This document shows, piece by piece, positions 39,492 through 50,648 of a stretch of DNA of 64,000 nt. Below the pieces are notes generated by a model. That model had not been told where the DNA came from and made no database searches. It saw nothing but the letters and a program-made list of their open reading frames with translations. The translations under genes and the position numbers were made by a program. Origin of the DNA: an uncultured Gemmatimonadaceae bacterium (GTDB lineage: Bacteria; Gemmatimonadota; Gemmatimonadetes; Gemmatimonadales; Gemmatimonadaceae); the NCBI GenBank assembly GCA_963822945.1, contig CAWGJO010000039.1, positions 12,943 to 76,942 on the forward strand. The letters run 5' to 3'. Numbering within the stretch: position 1 is the stretch's first letter; each line of letters opens with the position of its first letter.

Positions 39492-39956
39492 ATGACCGAT
39501 TCCCCTCCCGCCAAGCCCGTCAGCATGATTCGCGCCATCTGGCAGGGCGAGCACCGCTTCGACACCGGCCGAGTGGGCCAGCCGACGGCGCGCTTAGACG
39601 GCAGCGCGGCCACCGGGCAGAGCCCGACCGATGCCCTGCTGAGCGCCCTCGCGACGTGCAGCGCGATCGACGTCGTGGACATCCTCGCCAAGCGGCGAAC
39701 GCCGGTCTCGGCGCTGGAAGTCGAGGTGGTCGGGGAGCGGAACGCCACGCCGCCGCGGCGCTTTCTGGCCATCGACCTGACCTTCCACGTCACCGGGGCC
39801 GACATCGAGCGGGCACACGCGGAGCGCGCGGTCTCGCTGTCGCTGGAGCGCTACTGCTCGGTGGCGTCGTCGCTGGCGCCGGACATCGTGATTCAGACGG
39901 TGGTCGCGCTCAACGGCGAGCGGGGCGAGCGCGTGCAGCAGATCGTGGGTCGCTGA
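39492..39956 (+). CDS. OsmC family (YhfA-like) protein
   Basis: SPTDALLSALATCSAIDVVDILAK and SLERYCSV. Confidence 0.9.
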   Translation: MTDSPPAKPVSMIRAIWQGEHRFDTGRVGQPTARLDGSAATGQSPTDALLSALATCSAIDVVDILAKRRTPVSALEVEVVGERNATPPRRFLAIDLTFHVTGADIERAHAERAVSLSLERYCSVASSLAPDIVIQTVVALNGERGERVQQIVGR

Positions 39957-39969
39957 CCCGGCGCGCCAG

Positions 39970-40236
39970 CTAGCGCGCGAACCCTTCCTGGCGCAGGGAG
40001 CCAAGCACCTTGTCGCGCAGTTCGGGCGAGGCGCCCGGGCGCATCCGCAGGGTTCCCACCGCTTCGAGGAAATTCTGCTGGAAGGTCGTGTACTGGAAGC
40101 ACCCCTGGCACTCTTCCAGGTGCGCCCGGAGGCGCTCCGTGGTCTCGTCGGTGAGCTGCTCGTCGAGATAGTCCCAAACGTGTTTGAGGACTTCGAGACA
40201 TTCCGGCGGCAGCGGTGGGATTCTGGAGCCGCTCAT
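39970..40236 (-). CDS. zf-HC2 anti-sigma factor (RshA/RsrA-like)
   Basis: C...VWDYLD...HLEECQGC (HxxxCxxC). Coupled to the ECF gene. Confidence 0.9.
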   Translation of the reverse strand: MSGSRIPPLPPECLEVLKHVWDYLDEQLTDETTERLRAHLEECQGCFQYTTFQQNFLEAVGTLRMRPGASPELRDKVLGSLRQEGFAR

Positions 40237-40835
40237 GGGGTCTCCTTGGCGTCCGGACGCGCGCCGCCGGCGACCCCGAGGTCGCGCGCGTGCGCCAGCA
40301 GCCGTTCCTGCACCAGCCGTCGCCCGCGGAACAGCCGGGAGCGGATGGTGCCGATGGGCACGCCGAGCACCTCGGCGGCGGATTCGTACGACTGGTCCTG
40401 CACGTCGACCAGCACCAGCGTCGTCCGGAAGGGTTCGGGGAGTTCCTGCACGGCCCGGTCAATGGCCGGCCCGATGTCGGTGCGGGCGAACAGGTCGGTG
40501 TACCCCTCCTCCAGCGCCGCCACGTAGACCTCGCCCGCGCCGATCACGTCGCGCTCGACGTCGTCGAGATCCACGGTAGGCCGTTCACGCTCCAGCGACC
40601 GCAGAAACGCATTGCGACAGATCGTGAACAGCCAGCGCCGGCAGTCGCTGCCTGGCGCATAGGTGTGCCAGGAACGATACGCCCGCAGGTAGGTTTCCTG
40701 CACGACGTCGTCGGCGTCGCTCGGATCGCGCGTGAGCGAGAGCGCGAACCGGTAGACGTCGTCCATCCACGGCAACGCTTCGCGTTCGAACGCGGAATCG
40801 TCGGCGGAAGGCCCATTGGCAGAAGATGGCGGCAT
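40233..40835 (-). CDS. ECF sigma factor (SigH/SigR-like)
   Basis: FEREALPWMDDVYRFA, DADDVVQETYLRAY and VPIGTIRSRLFRGR. Confidence 0.92.
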   Translation of the reverse strand: MPPSSANGPSADDSAFEREALPWMDDVYRFALSLTRDPSDADDVVQETYLRAYRSWHTYAPGSDCRRWLFTICRNAFLRSLERERPTVDLDDVERDVIGAGEVYVAALEEGYTDLFARTDIGPAIDRAVQELPEPFRTTLVLVDVQDQSYESAAEVLGVPIGTIRSRLFRGRRLVQERLLAHARDLGVAGGARPDAKETP

Positions 40836-40990
40836 AGAGGTTTGACGTGCCAAAGTAACATCGCGAAGTTCGCCGCGACCAGCGCGGGGCGAATTCGGCG
40901 ACGACCGGACCGCCTTTCCAGGATCCACCCGTACACACCCAGAACACGTCATACGCTGTGTTTCCCTCCGTTGTGAGACCAAGCCGTGGA

Positions 40991-43091
40991 GTGCTGCTCC
41001 GGTTCCTGTGCGTCTGGGCCGTGTTCGGGCCCGCCGCCGCCGAGGCGCAGCGGGCACGTCCCGATACCACGGCCCGCGACTCGACCGCGGCGGCGCGCCT
41101 GGCGCCGATCACCGTGTCCGGCGTCGCGCTCCGACGTGGCGCGAGACCGCGTGCCCAACGCCACCACGGTGCTCGACCGGACGGCGATCACGCGTGGGCG
41201 CGCGACGATCGGACTCGACGAATCGCTGGCCCTCGTGCCGGGCGTGTACGTGGCCAACCGCTACAACTTCTCGCTCGACGAGCGGATTTCGATTCGCGGG
41301 TTCGGCGCCCGTTCGGCGTTCGCGGTCCGGGGCATCACCGTGCTGCTGGACGGCATTCCTCAGACCCTGCCCGATGGGCAGGGACAGCTCACGAACCTCG
41401 AACTCGGCGAGACCGACCGCATCGAGGTGCTGCGGGGATCGGCGTCGGCGCTGTTCGGCAACGCCGCCGGTGGGGTGATCAGCATCTGGAGCGACCCCGT
41501 GCCACCGCGCCGCACCACGGAAGAACTCCGGCTCACGGGCGGAACCAGCGGCGACGGGCTGCAGCACACATGGAACAAGTGGCTCAGCACCACGCGGTGG
41601 CGGGTAGGCCGGGGGGTCGGGCAGATCACCGTGTCGCGGCTGGTATACGACGGCGAGCGGCAGCACAGCACGGCCGACCGGCGGACACTGAACGCCCGGC
41701 TGATACTGCCCACCGCCGGCGGCTGGACGACGAGCGGGGTGTTCGAGTTGGGCGACGATCCGCGCGCCGACAATCCCGGCTCGCTCACCGCCGCCGAACT
41801 CGCCGCCAACCCCGACTCCGCCAGCGCCATCTATCAGACCACGCAGGCGGGCAAGTGGGTGCGCCAGGTCCAGGGCGGGCTCACGCTGCGCCGCGACTTC
41901 GCTGGAGGCGGCCAGGCATCGCTGACGGCATTCGCACTCGGGCGCGACCTGAAGAACCCGCTGACGTACGCGTACATCGATCTTGCCCGGCGAGCGTACG
42001 GCATTCGCGGGTCGATGAGCCGGCCGGCGGTGCTCGCGGGCGTGCCGCAGACGGTCACGGCGGGACTCGATGCCCAGTGGCAACGGGACGACCGCGCCAA
42101 CTTCGCCAACAACGGCGGAACCCCCGGCGCCGTGCCGTCGCTCGACCAACTGGAGCACGTCTCGTCGGTGGGGCCGTTCGTGCAGACCGCGCTCGCCCTC
42201 ACGCCCCGCCTCACCGCCACCCTGGGCGCGCGATACGATCGCATCCGGTTCCAGGTCCACGACCGTCTGGTGACGCCAACGAACCCCGACGATTCCGGGA
42301 ACCGCCTGATGCATGCGCTGAGCGGCTCCGCCGGGCTCGCGTGGCAGGCGGATCACGCGACGACGCTGTACGCGAATGTCGGCAGCTCGTTCGAGACGCC
42401 GACCACCACCGAACTGGCCAACCGGCCGGACACGGCGGGGGGCTTCAATCCGTCGCTCGCCCCGCAGACCGCCACGACGTACGAACTCGGCGTGCGCGGC
42501 CGCGCGGCCGGCCGTCTGACGTATTCGGTGGCCGTGTACGAGGCGGCGGTGCGCGGCGAGTTGATCGCTTTCGAGGAGCCGTCGTCGCCCGGGCGCAGCT
42601 TCTATCGCAACGCCGGCCGCTCGCGCCACCGGGGTGTGGAGGTGGGCGCAACCGCGGCACTGGCCCCCGGCTATACGCTGTCCGCCAACTGGACGGTCTC
42701 CGATTTTCGCTACGCCAGCTATGCCGTGAGTGGCCGCTCGCTGAACGGGCGGCGCCTGCCCGGCGTTCCGCCGCAGTGGGTGGACCTCGTGCTTCACACG
42801 CGGCCCGGCGCCGGGGGCGCCTGGGCGGACGTCGAGCTGCAGCACGCATCGGGCTACCTGGTGGACGACACGCTCGCCACGCGCACCTCGCCCTGGACGA
42901 CGCTCGGGGTGCGCATCGGGTGGCGGGGGGTGGCCGCCGGAACGCCACTGTCACCCTTCGTGGCCGTGAACAACCTGTTCGACCGCCGGTACGTGAGTTC
43001 CGTGGTCATCAACGCCACGCGTGGCCGGTACTACGAGCCGGCACCGGGACGGAACGTCTACGTTGGGCTGTCGCTCGCGGTGGGCTCCTGA
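40991..43091 (+). CDS. TonB-dependent receptor (YncD-like); 1-nt frameshift at about 41120
   Basis: The signal peptide and ITVS are in one frame, and the plug and barrel (ISIRGFGARS, IEVLRGSASALFGNAAGGVI, YYEPAPGRN) are in the next. Removing one G restores ITVSASRSDV. Confidence 0.88.
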
Positions 43092-43207
43092 CCACTTCCG
43101 GCGGTCACTAGATTCCGCCCGTTCCGAGAGCCGCGTTCATAAGGATGGCGGCCTCCCGTTCCGGAACGGAGTTCGTCCGCCGTACCGTCGCACCCTGAAG
43201 ACCCTCG

Positions 43208-44161
43208 ATGATCGCTCACCTGGCCGGGGACCATCCGCAGGCGCAACGCGGGCGACTCATCGTCGCCTTCGCCGCCGTCTATCTGCTGTGGGGGTCCACC
43301 TTCCTGGCCATGCGGTTCGGGATCCAGACCATCCCGCCGCTGTTCATGGCCTCGATGCGACATCTGGTGGCGGGGACGGTGCTCATGGCGTGGTCGTGGC
43401 GCCGCATGAAGCGCCGGCCCACGGCAGCCGAGTGGCGCGACGCCGCGATCGTGGGCGTGCTGCTGCTCGGCGCCAACGGCACCGTCGCCTGGTCGGAGCA
43501 GTACGTCCCGTCGGGCACGGCGGCGTTGCTCGTGGCCACCGTGCCGTTGTGGATGGTGCTCATCGACTGGTGGCGGCCGCGCGGCATCCATCCCGGCCAC
43601 GGCGTGTTGCTGGGCCTGGCGCTCGGATTCGCGGGGCTGGTAACGCTGGTCGGGCCCGGCGCGCTGATGGGCCACGGCGCGGTGAACCCGATCGGCGCCG
43701 CGGCGCTGCTGCTCGGGTCGCTGAGCTGGGCGGCGGGATCGATCGTCGCACAGCGCCAGCCCAAGTCGCCCGTGCCGTTGTTCGCCGTCGGCATGCAGAT
43801 GGTGTGCGGCGGCTCGGCGCTGTTCGTGACGGCCACGCTCACCGGACAGACGGCCCGGTTCTCGCTGGCCCACGTGTCGCTCGCGTCGGCGCTCGGGTGG
43901 GGGTACCTGATCGTGTTCGGCTCGCTGCTCGGGTTCACGGCTTACGCGTATCTGCTGCGCACCACGACCGCGGCCAAGGTGGCGACGTACGCGTACGTGA
44001 ACCCCGTGATCGCCGTGTTGCTGGGATGGGCGTTCGCGGGCGAGGCGGTCACGACGCGCACGATGGCGGCCGCGGCCGTGATCGTCGCCGGGGTGGCCAT
44101 CATCACCATCACGCGCGCGGACGTGATTCCGACGGTGCCGGAGGAGGGCATCGGCGACTGA
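43208..44161 (+). CDS. EamA/DMT transporter (YedA-like)
   Basis: VYLLWGSTFLAM, YLIVFGSLLGFTAY and YAYVNPVIAVLLG. Confidence 0.92.
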   Translation: MIAHLAGDHPQAQRGRLIVAFAAVYLLWGSTFLAMRFGIQTIPPLFMASMRHLVAGTVLMAWSWRRMKRRPTAAEWRDAAIVGVLLLGANGTVAWSEQYVPSGTAALLVATVPLWMVLIDWWRPRGIHPGHGVLLGLALGFAGLVTLVGPGALMGHGAVNPIGAAALLLGSLSWAAGSIVAQRQPKSPVPLFAVGMQMVCGGSALFVTATLTGQTARFSLAHVSLASALGWGYLIVFGSLLGFTAYAYLLRTTTAAKVATYAYVNPVIAVLLGWAFAGEAVTTRTMAAAAVIVAGVAIITITRADVIPTVPEEGIGD

Positions 44162-44258
44162 TCGGGCGGCCTCGCACCGCCGGGGCGTCCACGGATTACC
44201 GGGCGACGGTGCGCGGTGCATATTGCGCGGGTAGGCTCCCACCCATCAGGAGTGCCGA

Positions 44259-45053
44259 TTGCACCGCTGCCCCACCTTCCCGCCCCCCCCAATCGCTCGT
44301 CTCGCGGCCGTCGCGGCCGCCCTGTTGCTCGTTGCGCCGCACGCCGGCGCGCAGGTCGATACCCGCTGGCCGCAGCATTCCATGGATCGTCCGCAGCCGC
44401 CGGTGGTGGATCCCGGCCCGTACGTGCGCGACGACTCGCGGCCCTCCGACGCCATCTCGCTGTTCGACGGACACGACCTCTCGCAGTGGCGGAGCGAGAA
44501 GGACGGCCCGGCTCCATGGATCGTGAAGGACGGCTACTTCGAGGTGAAGCCCGGGTCCGGGATGATCCACACGGCGCAGGGTTTCGGCGACGTGCAGTTG
44601 CACATCGAGTGGAGCGCGCCGACCCCGCCCACCGGCGAAGGCCAGGAACGCGGCAACAGCGGCGTATTCCTGCAGGGACTGTACGAGGTGCAGGTCCTCG
44701 ACTCCTATCACAACGTCACCTACGCCGACGGCCACGCGGGCGCCGTATTCGGGCAGTATCCGCCGCGCGTGAATCCCACGCGTCCACCCGGACAGTGGAA
44801 CGTGTACGACATCGTGTTCCGCCGGCCGCGGTTCGACGCCCACGGCACCGTGACGTCGCCGGCCCGCATCACCGTGTTCTTCAACGGCGTGCTGGTGCAG
44901 GACGACGTCCCCCTGACGGGCCCCACCGCATATCAGCACCGCCCCCCGTACACCGTGACGCCGGCCGAGCTGCCGCTCGGCCTGCAGGACCACAGCTATC
45001 CCGTTCGATTCCGCAACGTCTGGATTCGTAAACTCTCAGCGCAGGAGCGTTGA
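44259..45053 (+). CDS. DUF1080 (3-keto-disaccharide hydrolase family) protein
   Basis: PSDAISLFDG, FGDVQLHIEW, GNSGVFLQGLYEVQVLDS and LQDHSYPVRFRNVWIR. Start codon uncertain. Confidence 0.9.
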   Translation: MHRCPTFPPPPIARLAAVAAALLLVAPHAGAQVDTRWPQHSMDRPQPPVVDPGPYVRDDSRPSDAISLFDGHDLSQWRSEKDGPAPWIVKDGYFEVKPGSGMIHTAQGFGDVQLHIEWSAPTPPTGEGQERGNSGVFLQGLYEVQVLDSYHNVTYADGHAGAVFGQYPPRVNPTRPPGQWNVYDIVFRRPRFDAHGTVTSPARITVFFNGVLVQDDVPLTGPTAYQHRPPYTVTPAELPLGLQDHSYPVRFRNVWIRKLSAQER

Positions 45054-45055
45054 AG

Positions 45056-46751
45056 ATGCAGGTGAAGAAAGCGCGCACACAGTACGACGTCTGCGTCGTC
45101 GGCTCGGGTGCCGGCGGCGGAATGGCCGCGTACATGCTCACCAAGGCCGGCGCCAACGTCGTGCTGCTCGAAGCGGGACAGATGTGGGATCCCGTGAAGG
45201 ACGGCGCGATGTTGAAGTGGCCGTACGATTCGCCGCGCCGCGGCGCGTCCACCAAGGACCGTCCGTTCGGCGAATTCGACGGCTGCATCGGCGGGTGGGA
45301 GATCGACGGCGAGCCGTACACCCGGGCCAAAGGCACCGAGTTCTCGTGGTGGCGCGCCCGCATGCTCGGGGGGCGGACCAACCACTGGGGGCGCATCTCG
45401 CTGCGCTTCGGCCCCGACGACTTCCGCGGCAAGAGCATCGACGGGCTCGGCGACGACTGGCCCATCAGCTACGACGACGTCAAGCCGTACTACGACGAGG
45501 TGGACAAGCTGATCGGCGTGTTCGGAAGCAACGAGGGGCTGCGCAACGCCCCGGACGGCATCTTCATGCCGCCGCCGAAGATCCGGTGCAACGAGGTGCT
45601 GGTGAAGCAGGCCGCCGACAAACTCGACATCACCTGCATTCCGTCGCGGCTCTCGATCATCACCAAGCCCCTGAACAACCGGCCGCCCTGCCACTACTGC
45701 GGGCAGTGCAACCGCGGCTGCATGACGGCGTCGAACTTCTCGTCCACCAACGTGCTCTTCCCGCCGGCGCTGGCCACCGGCAAGCTGACCCTGATCGCGA
45801 ACGCCATGGCGCGCGAGGTCACGGTGGACGCCCAGGGGCGGGCGACGGGCGTCTCGTACATCGACAAGCACACCCGCACCGACAAGCACGTGCGCGCCCG
45901 GGTGGTGGTGCTCGCCGCCAGCGCGCTCGAGACGGCGCGGCTGCTGCTCAACTCCAAGTCGGCCCACTTTCCCAACGGCCTCGCCAACGGCAGCGGCACC
46001 GTGGGCAAGTACATCACCGACACCACGGGGACCGACGTGGGCGGCTTCATTCCGCGCATGACGGACCAGGTGCCGCACAACCACGACGGCGTGGGCGGCG
46101 CGCACATCTACATGCCGTGGTGGCTGGACAACAAGAAACTCGACTTCCCCCGCGGCTACCACATCGAGGTGTGGGGCGGGCTGCACATGCCGTCGTACGG
46201 CTTCATGGGCGGCATCCAGCAGTATCCGCCGGGCGGCGGCTACGGGAAGTCGTTGAAGGCCGACTACCGCCGCTACTACGGCGCCACCGTCGGATTCTCC
46301 GGCCGCGGCGAGATGATCCCCAACGACGACACCTACTGCGAGATCGATCCCGACCGTCGTGGACCAGTACGGCATCCCCGTCCTGCGCTTCCACTGGAAG
46401 TGGTCGGACCACGAGTACAACCAGTCGAAGCACATGCAGGAAACCTTCCGCGCCATCATCGAACAGATGGGCGGCACCGTCAGCTCGCCGATGCCCACCC
46501 GCGAGGAGGGCTACGGCCTCGCGACGGGCGGCACGATCATCCACGAACTCGGCGGCTCCCGCATGGGCAGCGACCCCAACACGTCCGTGGTGAACGCGCA
46601 CTGCCAGACCCACGAGGTGAAGAACCTGTTCGTCGCCGACGGCGGGCCCTTCGTCTCGCAGGCCGACAAGAATCCCACCTGGACCATTCTCGCGCTGGCC
46701 ATGCGGACCAGCGACTACATCGCGCAGCAGCGCAAGCAGGGGGCGCTATGA
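45056..46751 (+). CDS. GMC-family flavin oxidoreductase (glucoside 3-dehydrogenase-like large subunit); frameshift at about 46350
   Basis: GSGAGGG, LGGRTNHWG and CHYCGQCNRGC. The C-terminus (IHELGGSRMG...KNPTWTILAL) is in the next frame, as ORF 46359..46751. Confidence 0.9.
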
Positions 46752-47458
46752 GCACGCAGGACGAACGAGACGACCTCGCGGCGGTTCCCGGGGTCGACGA
46801 ATCGCAGCCCACGGACCGGCAGCCGGGCAGCGGCGTCACCCGGCGGGAGGCGCTCGGCTACCTGGCGGCCCTCCCATTGGCGGGCGCCATCGAGTTCACC
46901 CCACCCGCCTTCCAGCGCGCCTTGCAGGCCGCGGAGCGCGTGCAGGCGGGCGAGGCACCGGCGGCGCCCAAGTTCTTCACGGCGCACGAATGGCGCACCG
47001 TACGGATGCTCGTGGATTACGTCATTCCGCGCGACGCGAAGTCGGGGAGCGCCACCGACGCCGGCGTCCCCGAGTTCATGGACTTCATCATGCGCGACAA
47101 GCCGAACAACCAGCTCTGGATGCGCGGCGGACTCGCCTGGCTCGACCTCGAATGCGAGCGGCGGTTCGGCACCACGTTCCTCGGTGCCAGCGGCGCACAG
47201 CGCAAGCAGGTGCTCGACGACATCGCGTATCCGGAGAAGGCGGCCGATGCCATGCGCCCCGGCGTGGCGTTCTTCAATCGGTTCCGCGACCTCACCTCGT
47301 CGGGGTTCTGGACGACGAAGATCGGTATCGCCGACCTGCAATACATGGGCAACCGGGTGATGCCATGGTGGCACGGCTGCCCCGACGCGGCCCTCACCAA
47401 GCTCGGCGTGAATTACGGCGAGGTCTACGACGCGAAGGGCAACTTCCGCACCAAGTAG
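46748..47458 (+). CDS. gluconate 2-dehydrogenase subunit 3 family (Tat-exported partner)
   Basis: ATGA overlap. TRREAL twin-Arg, FFTAHE, IPRD...SATDAGVPEFMD and GFWTTKIG...LQYMGN. Confidence 0.88.
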   Translation: MSTQDERDDLAAVPGVDESQPTDRQPGSGVTRREALGYLAALPLAGAIEFTPPAFQRALQAAERVQAGEAPAAPKFFTAHEWRTVRMLVDYVIPRDAKSGSATDAGVPEFMDFIMRDKPNNQLWMRGGLAWLDLECERRFGTTFLGASGAQRKQVLDDIAYPEKAADAMRPGVAFFNRFRDLTSSGFWTTKIGIADLQYMGNRVMPWWHGCPDAALTKLGVNYGEVYDAKGNFRTK

Positions 47459-47496
47459 CCGCCGCACCCGCTCACCCTCTCACCCTCGCACTCGTC

Positions 47497-48744
47497 ATGG
47501 CTCAGCCAGCCCTTCGCATCGGATTCGTCGGAAGCGGGTTCAACGCCCGCTTCCACATGCAGGCCTTCACCGCGGTGCGCGACGCCGAAGTCCGGGGCGT
47601 ATGGAGCCCCGACGCCAAGCGCGCCGGGAGCGGCGGCCGCGTACGCGCGATCGCTCGACATCGGCGAGGCGAAGCCGTACCGCTCGATCGCGCGCGATGG
47701 TGGCCGATCCCGAAATCGACGCCCTCTGGCTGTGCGGCCCCAACCACGCCCGCATCGAGAACGTCGAGGAGATCGTCGAGCACGATCGAGCGCGGGCGCG
47801 CGGAACGCTGCGGGGGCTCGCCTGCGAGAAGCCGCTGGCCCGCAACGTGGCCGAAGCGAAGCAGGTGCACGCGCTCGTGAAGCGCGTGCGGCTCAACACC
47901 GGATATCTGGAGAACCAGTTGTTCGCGCCGCAGGTGGAGCACGGGCGGCATCTGATCTGGGCCCGCGGCGCCGCGCTCACCGGGCGCCCGTATCTGGCCC
48001 GCGCCGCCGAGGAGCACAGCGGGCCGCACATGCCCTGGTTCTGGCAGGGCAAGCTGCAGGGCGGCGGCGTGCTCAACGACATGATGTGCCATTCGGTGGA
48101 AGTCGTCCGCCACCTGCTCACCCGCCCGGGCGAGCCGCGCAACTCGCTCCGGCCCGACGCGCGTCACCGGGCACATCGCGAGCCTCAAGTGGTCGCGCCC
48201 GGAATACGCGCGCAAGCTCAAGAAGATGATGGGCAACGCCGTCGACTATGCCCGCCATCCCGCCGAGGATTTCGCCAGCGTCGTCGTCGAGTTCCGCACG
48301 CGGGAGGGGCTCACGGTGATCGGCGAAGCCACCACGTCGTGGAGCTACGTCGGCGCCGGACTCCGGCTCTCGGCCGAACTCCTCGGCCCCGAATACTCGA
48401 TGTCGTGGAACACGCTCGACAGCGGGCTCAAACTGTTCTTCAGCCGCGAGGTGAAGGGCAAGGTGGGCGAGGACCTCGTGGAGAAGCAGAACGCCGAGAT
48501 GGGGCTCATGCCCGTGGTGGCCAACGAGGCCAACGCGTACGGCTACGAGGCCGAAGACCGGCACATGGTCCGCTGCTTCCGGCAGGGGAAGAAGCCGTCG
48601 CTCACCTTCGCCGACGGCGTGGAGACGGTGAAGATGCTGATGACGGCGTATCAGAGCGCCGAGCAGGGACGGACGCTCCCCTTCCCGGCGCGCGGGCTCG
48701 ACAAGTTCGTGCCGAAGGTGGCGAAGGGGACGTGGAAGCCGTGA
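47497..48744 (+). CDS. Gfo/Idh/MocA family oxidoreductase; several frameshifts
   Basis: IGFVGSGFNARFH, LCGPNHARIE, CEKPLARN and GGGVLNDMMCHS are spread over three frames. Confidence 0.85.
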
Positions 48745-48819
48745 AACGGCGGAACTGAACACGGAAGGCGGTGAGCCGGCAGCTGACAGCTATGAGCCCA
48801 CCGCCACTCCCCGTCGACG

Positions 48820-48853
48820 GCCCCGTGCCCCGTGCCCCGTGCCCCGTGCCCCG
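48820..48853. repeat. heptamer tandem repeat (GCCCCGT), about 4.9 copies
   Basis: Read directly in the intergenic region between convergent genes. Confidence 0.9.
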
Positions 48854-48950
48854 ACGGCCGAACGGCGAGATCGTGGCATCTCATGGCGGCGCTTCGGCCG
48901 CGATCCGTCACGGCGTCGTTGCGGGAAGCTGACCGCTGGCTACTCGCCGC

Positions 48951-49622
48951 TCATGGCCTGCCGTTTGCCGTTCCCGCCGTTTCCCTGTGCCGATCCACCC
49001 AATACCCCCACGGCACGAACAACCAGAGTCCCAGCGCGCCGTAGGCGATGATCCGCGGATCGGGCGGCGGCGGGGCGGCGAGCCCGCTCAGTAGCATGGC
49101 CCCGAGCAGAACGAGCATCGCCCACAGCCCCCAGCTCCCGATGCGATCGCGTGCGCGCGTGGTGCGCACGTAGACCACGGCGCCGAGAACCAGCAATCCG
49201 AACTCGACGATCAGGGTGCCGGCGATCGAATTCCAGAGGCCCAGGCCGACCTTCACCGGTGATCCGGGCCAGAGCGGCAGATCCGGGCGGTGCACCACGA
49301 GGTCGAGCACCCAGTGACTCACCACGAGGGCACCGACCACCCACGCACCGCGCACGTACCGCCGGGCCGCGAAGTAGACCCCGCCGAGCACCAGCCCCCA
49401 CACCACCAGCATCAGCAGGCTGTGCGAGTACGGGTACGAGACGAAATCGAGCGAGTTGGCCGCCATCAGGCCCGGCGCCACGCGAACGCGCTCCACGCCG
49501 AGGAGCAGCAGCGCCGGCCACAGCAGGTCGGCCCACTGCGCGGCGAGGATGAGAGTGCCCAACGAGGTACGCGGTGCCACGCGCTTGGCCGCCAGCGCGA
49601 CCCCATAGTGTCCGAGTATCAT
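48951..49622 (-). CDS. membrane-bound metal-dependent hydrolase (YdjM-like)
   Basis: MILGHYGVA, DLLWP, YSHSL and SHWVLDLVVHRPDLP. Confidence 0.85.
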   Translation of the reverse strand: MILGHYGVALAAKRVAPRTSLGTLILAAQWADLLWPALLLLGVERVRVAPGLMAANSLDFVSYPYSHSLLMLVVWGLVLGGVYFAARRYVRGAWVVGALVVSHWVLDLVVHRPDLPLWPGSPVKVGLGLWNSIAGTLIVEFGLLVLGAVVYVRTTRARDRIGSWGLWAMLVLLGAMLLSGLAAPPPPDPRIIAYGALGLWLFVPWGYWVDRHRETAGTANGRP

Positions 49623-50602
49623 CAGCCGATCCCCAACAACGCCGCTGCATTCCCTCCCATGATGGCCGCGCGCTCGGCGTCGGTGACGGGCAGGGCGCGC
49701 AGGCTCTCGATCATCTTCGGGATGCTCCCGATCTGGTGCGGGTAGTCGCTGCCCGCGAGCAGGTGGTCGGGGCCCGCGAAGGCGAGGGCCAGCTTCATCG
49801 CGTCGACGTTGAAATTCACGGTGTCGTAGTAGAACCGCCGCAGATAGTCGCTGGGCGGACGGTCGATGTTGACCCTGCATTCTTGAAACGCGAAGTAGCC
49901 GCGGTCAAGCCGTTCGGCCAGATACGGGATGGCGCCGCCCATGTGCGTCAGCACCCACCGGATGTTCGGGAAGCGCGCCGCCACGCCGCTGAACACGAGC
50001 TTGGCGGCCGCCAGCGTGGTGTCGAAGGTGAAGCCGAGGAGCGGCATCAACCAGTACTCGGTCATCGATTCCACGCCCACGGGATCGGTGGGGTGGATGT
50101 AGAGCACGGCGTTCAGCCGGTTCGCTTCCTCGTACAGGGGCCAGTAGCGCGCGTCGGCGAGGGCCGTGCCGTTCACGTTGCTGAACAGCATCGCGCCGGG
50201 CAGGTGCAGCTCGGTCATCGCGCGGCGCAATTCCGCCACCGATGCCGCCGGGTCGTTGAGCGGCAGGGTCGCCAGCGCCGTGAAGTGGGAGCCGCGCTCG
50301 GCGATCACGCGCGCGAAGGCGTCGTTCACCAGCCGCGCGAACTTCACCGCCGTCGCCGGCTGCTCCACGTGCGTGCCCGGCGTGGTGAGCGTGATCACCT
50401 GTTTGCTCACCCCTTCGGCGTCGAGCACCTGCTGCCGGTACGCGATGTCGCGATGGCCGCGCACCGCCACGTTGTAGTCGCCCGGATAGTGGATGCAGGG
50501 ATTGCCGTCGGCGTCATCGGTCACCCGCACGGCGCTGTCGCCGCCGCGGAGGGCGTCGATGTACTCGGGCGGATAGAAGTGGTTGTGAAAGTCGATGATC
50601 AT
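49622..50602 (-). CDS. amidohydrolase_2 family (ACMSD/decarboxylase-like)
   Basis: IDFHNH, YIHP, THMGGAIPY, FYYDT and GSDYPH. Confidence 0.9.
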   Translation of the reverse strand: MIIDFHNHFYPPEYIDALRGGDSAVRVTDDADGNPCIHYPGDYNVAVRGHRDIAYRQQVLDAEGVSKQVITLTTPGTHVEQPATAVKFARLVNDAFARVIAERGSHFTALATLPLNDPAASVAELRRAMTELHLPGAMLFSNVNGTALADARYWPLYEEANRLNAVLYIHPTDPVGVESMTEYWLMPLLGFTFDTTLAAAKLVFSGVAARFPNIRWVLTHMGGAIPYLAERLDRGYFAFQECRVNIDRPPSDYLRRFYYDTVNFNVDAMKLALAFAGPDHLLAGSDYPHQIGSIPKMIESLRALPVTDAERAAIMGGNAAALLGIG

Positions 50603-50648
50603 GGGCGTGACCAGCGCCTCGAGGCGCGGAAACCGCGTGCCGCGGGGA

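Noticed and set aside
43092..43207. Two small hairpins in the EamA leader (possible riboswitch)
   Set aside because: No guanidine, preQ1 or SAM consensus recognised, and the stems are short.
45050..47458. Apparent 802-aa fusion of the GMC enzyme with subunit 3
   Set aside because: This is an artefact of the +1 frameshift at about 46350. The true GMC C-terminus is in another frame and ends at an ATGA overlap.
41110..48160. Programmed ribosomal frameshifting as the explanation for the split genes
   Set aside because: There are no slippery heptamers or consistent stimulators. Many scattered indels in short G/C runs fit sequencing error better.
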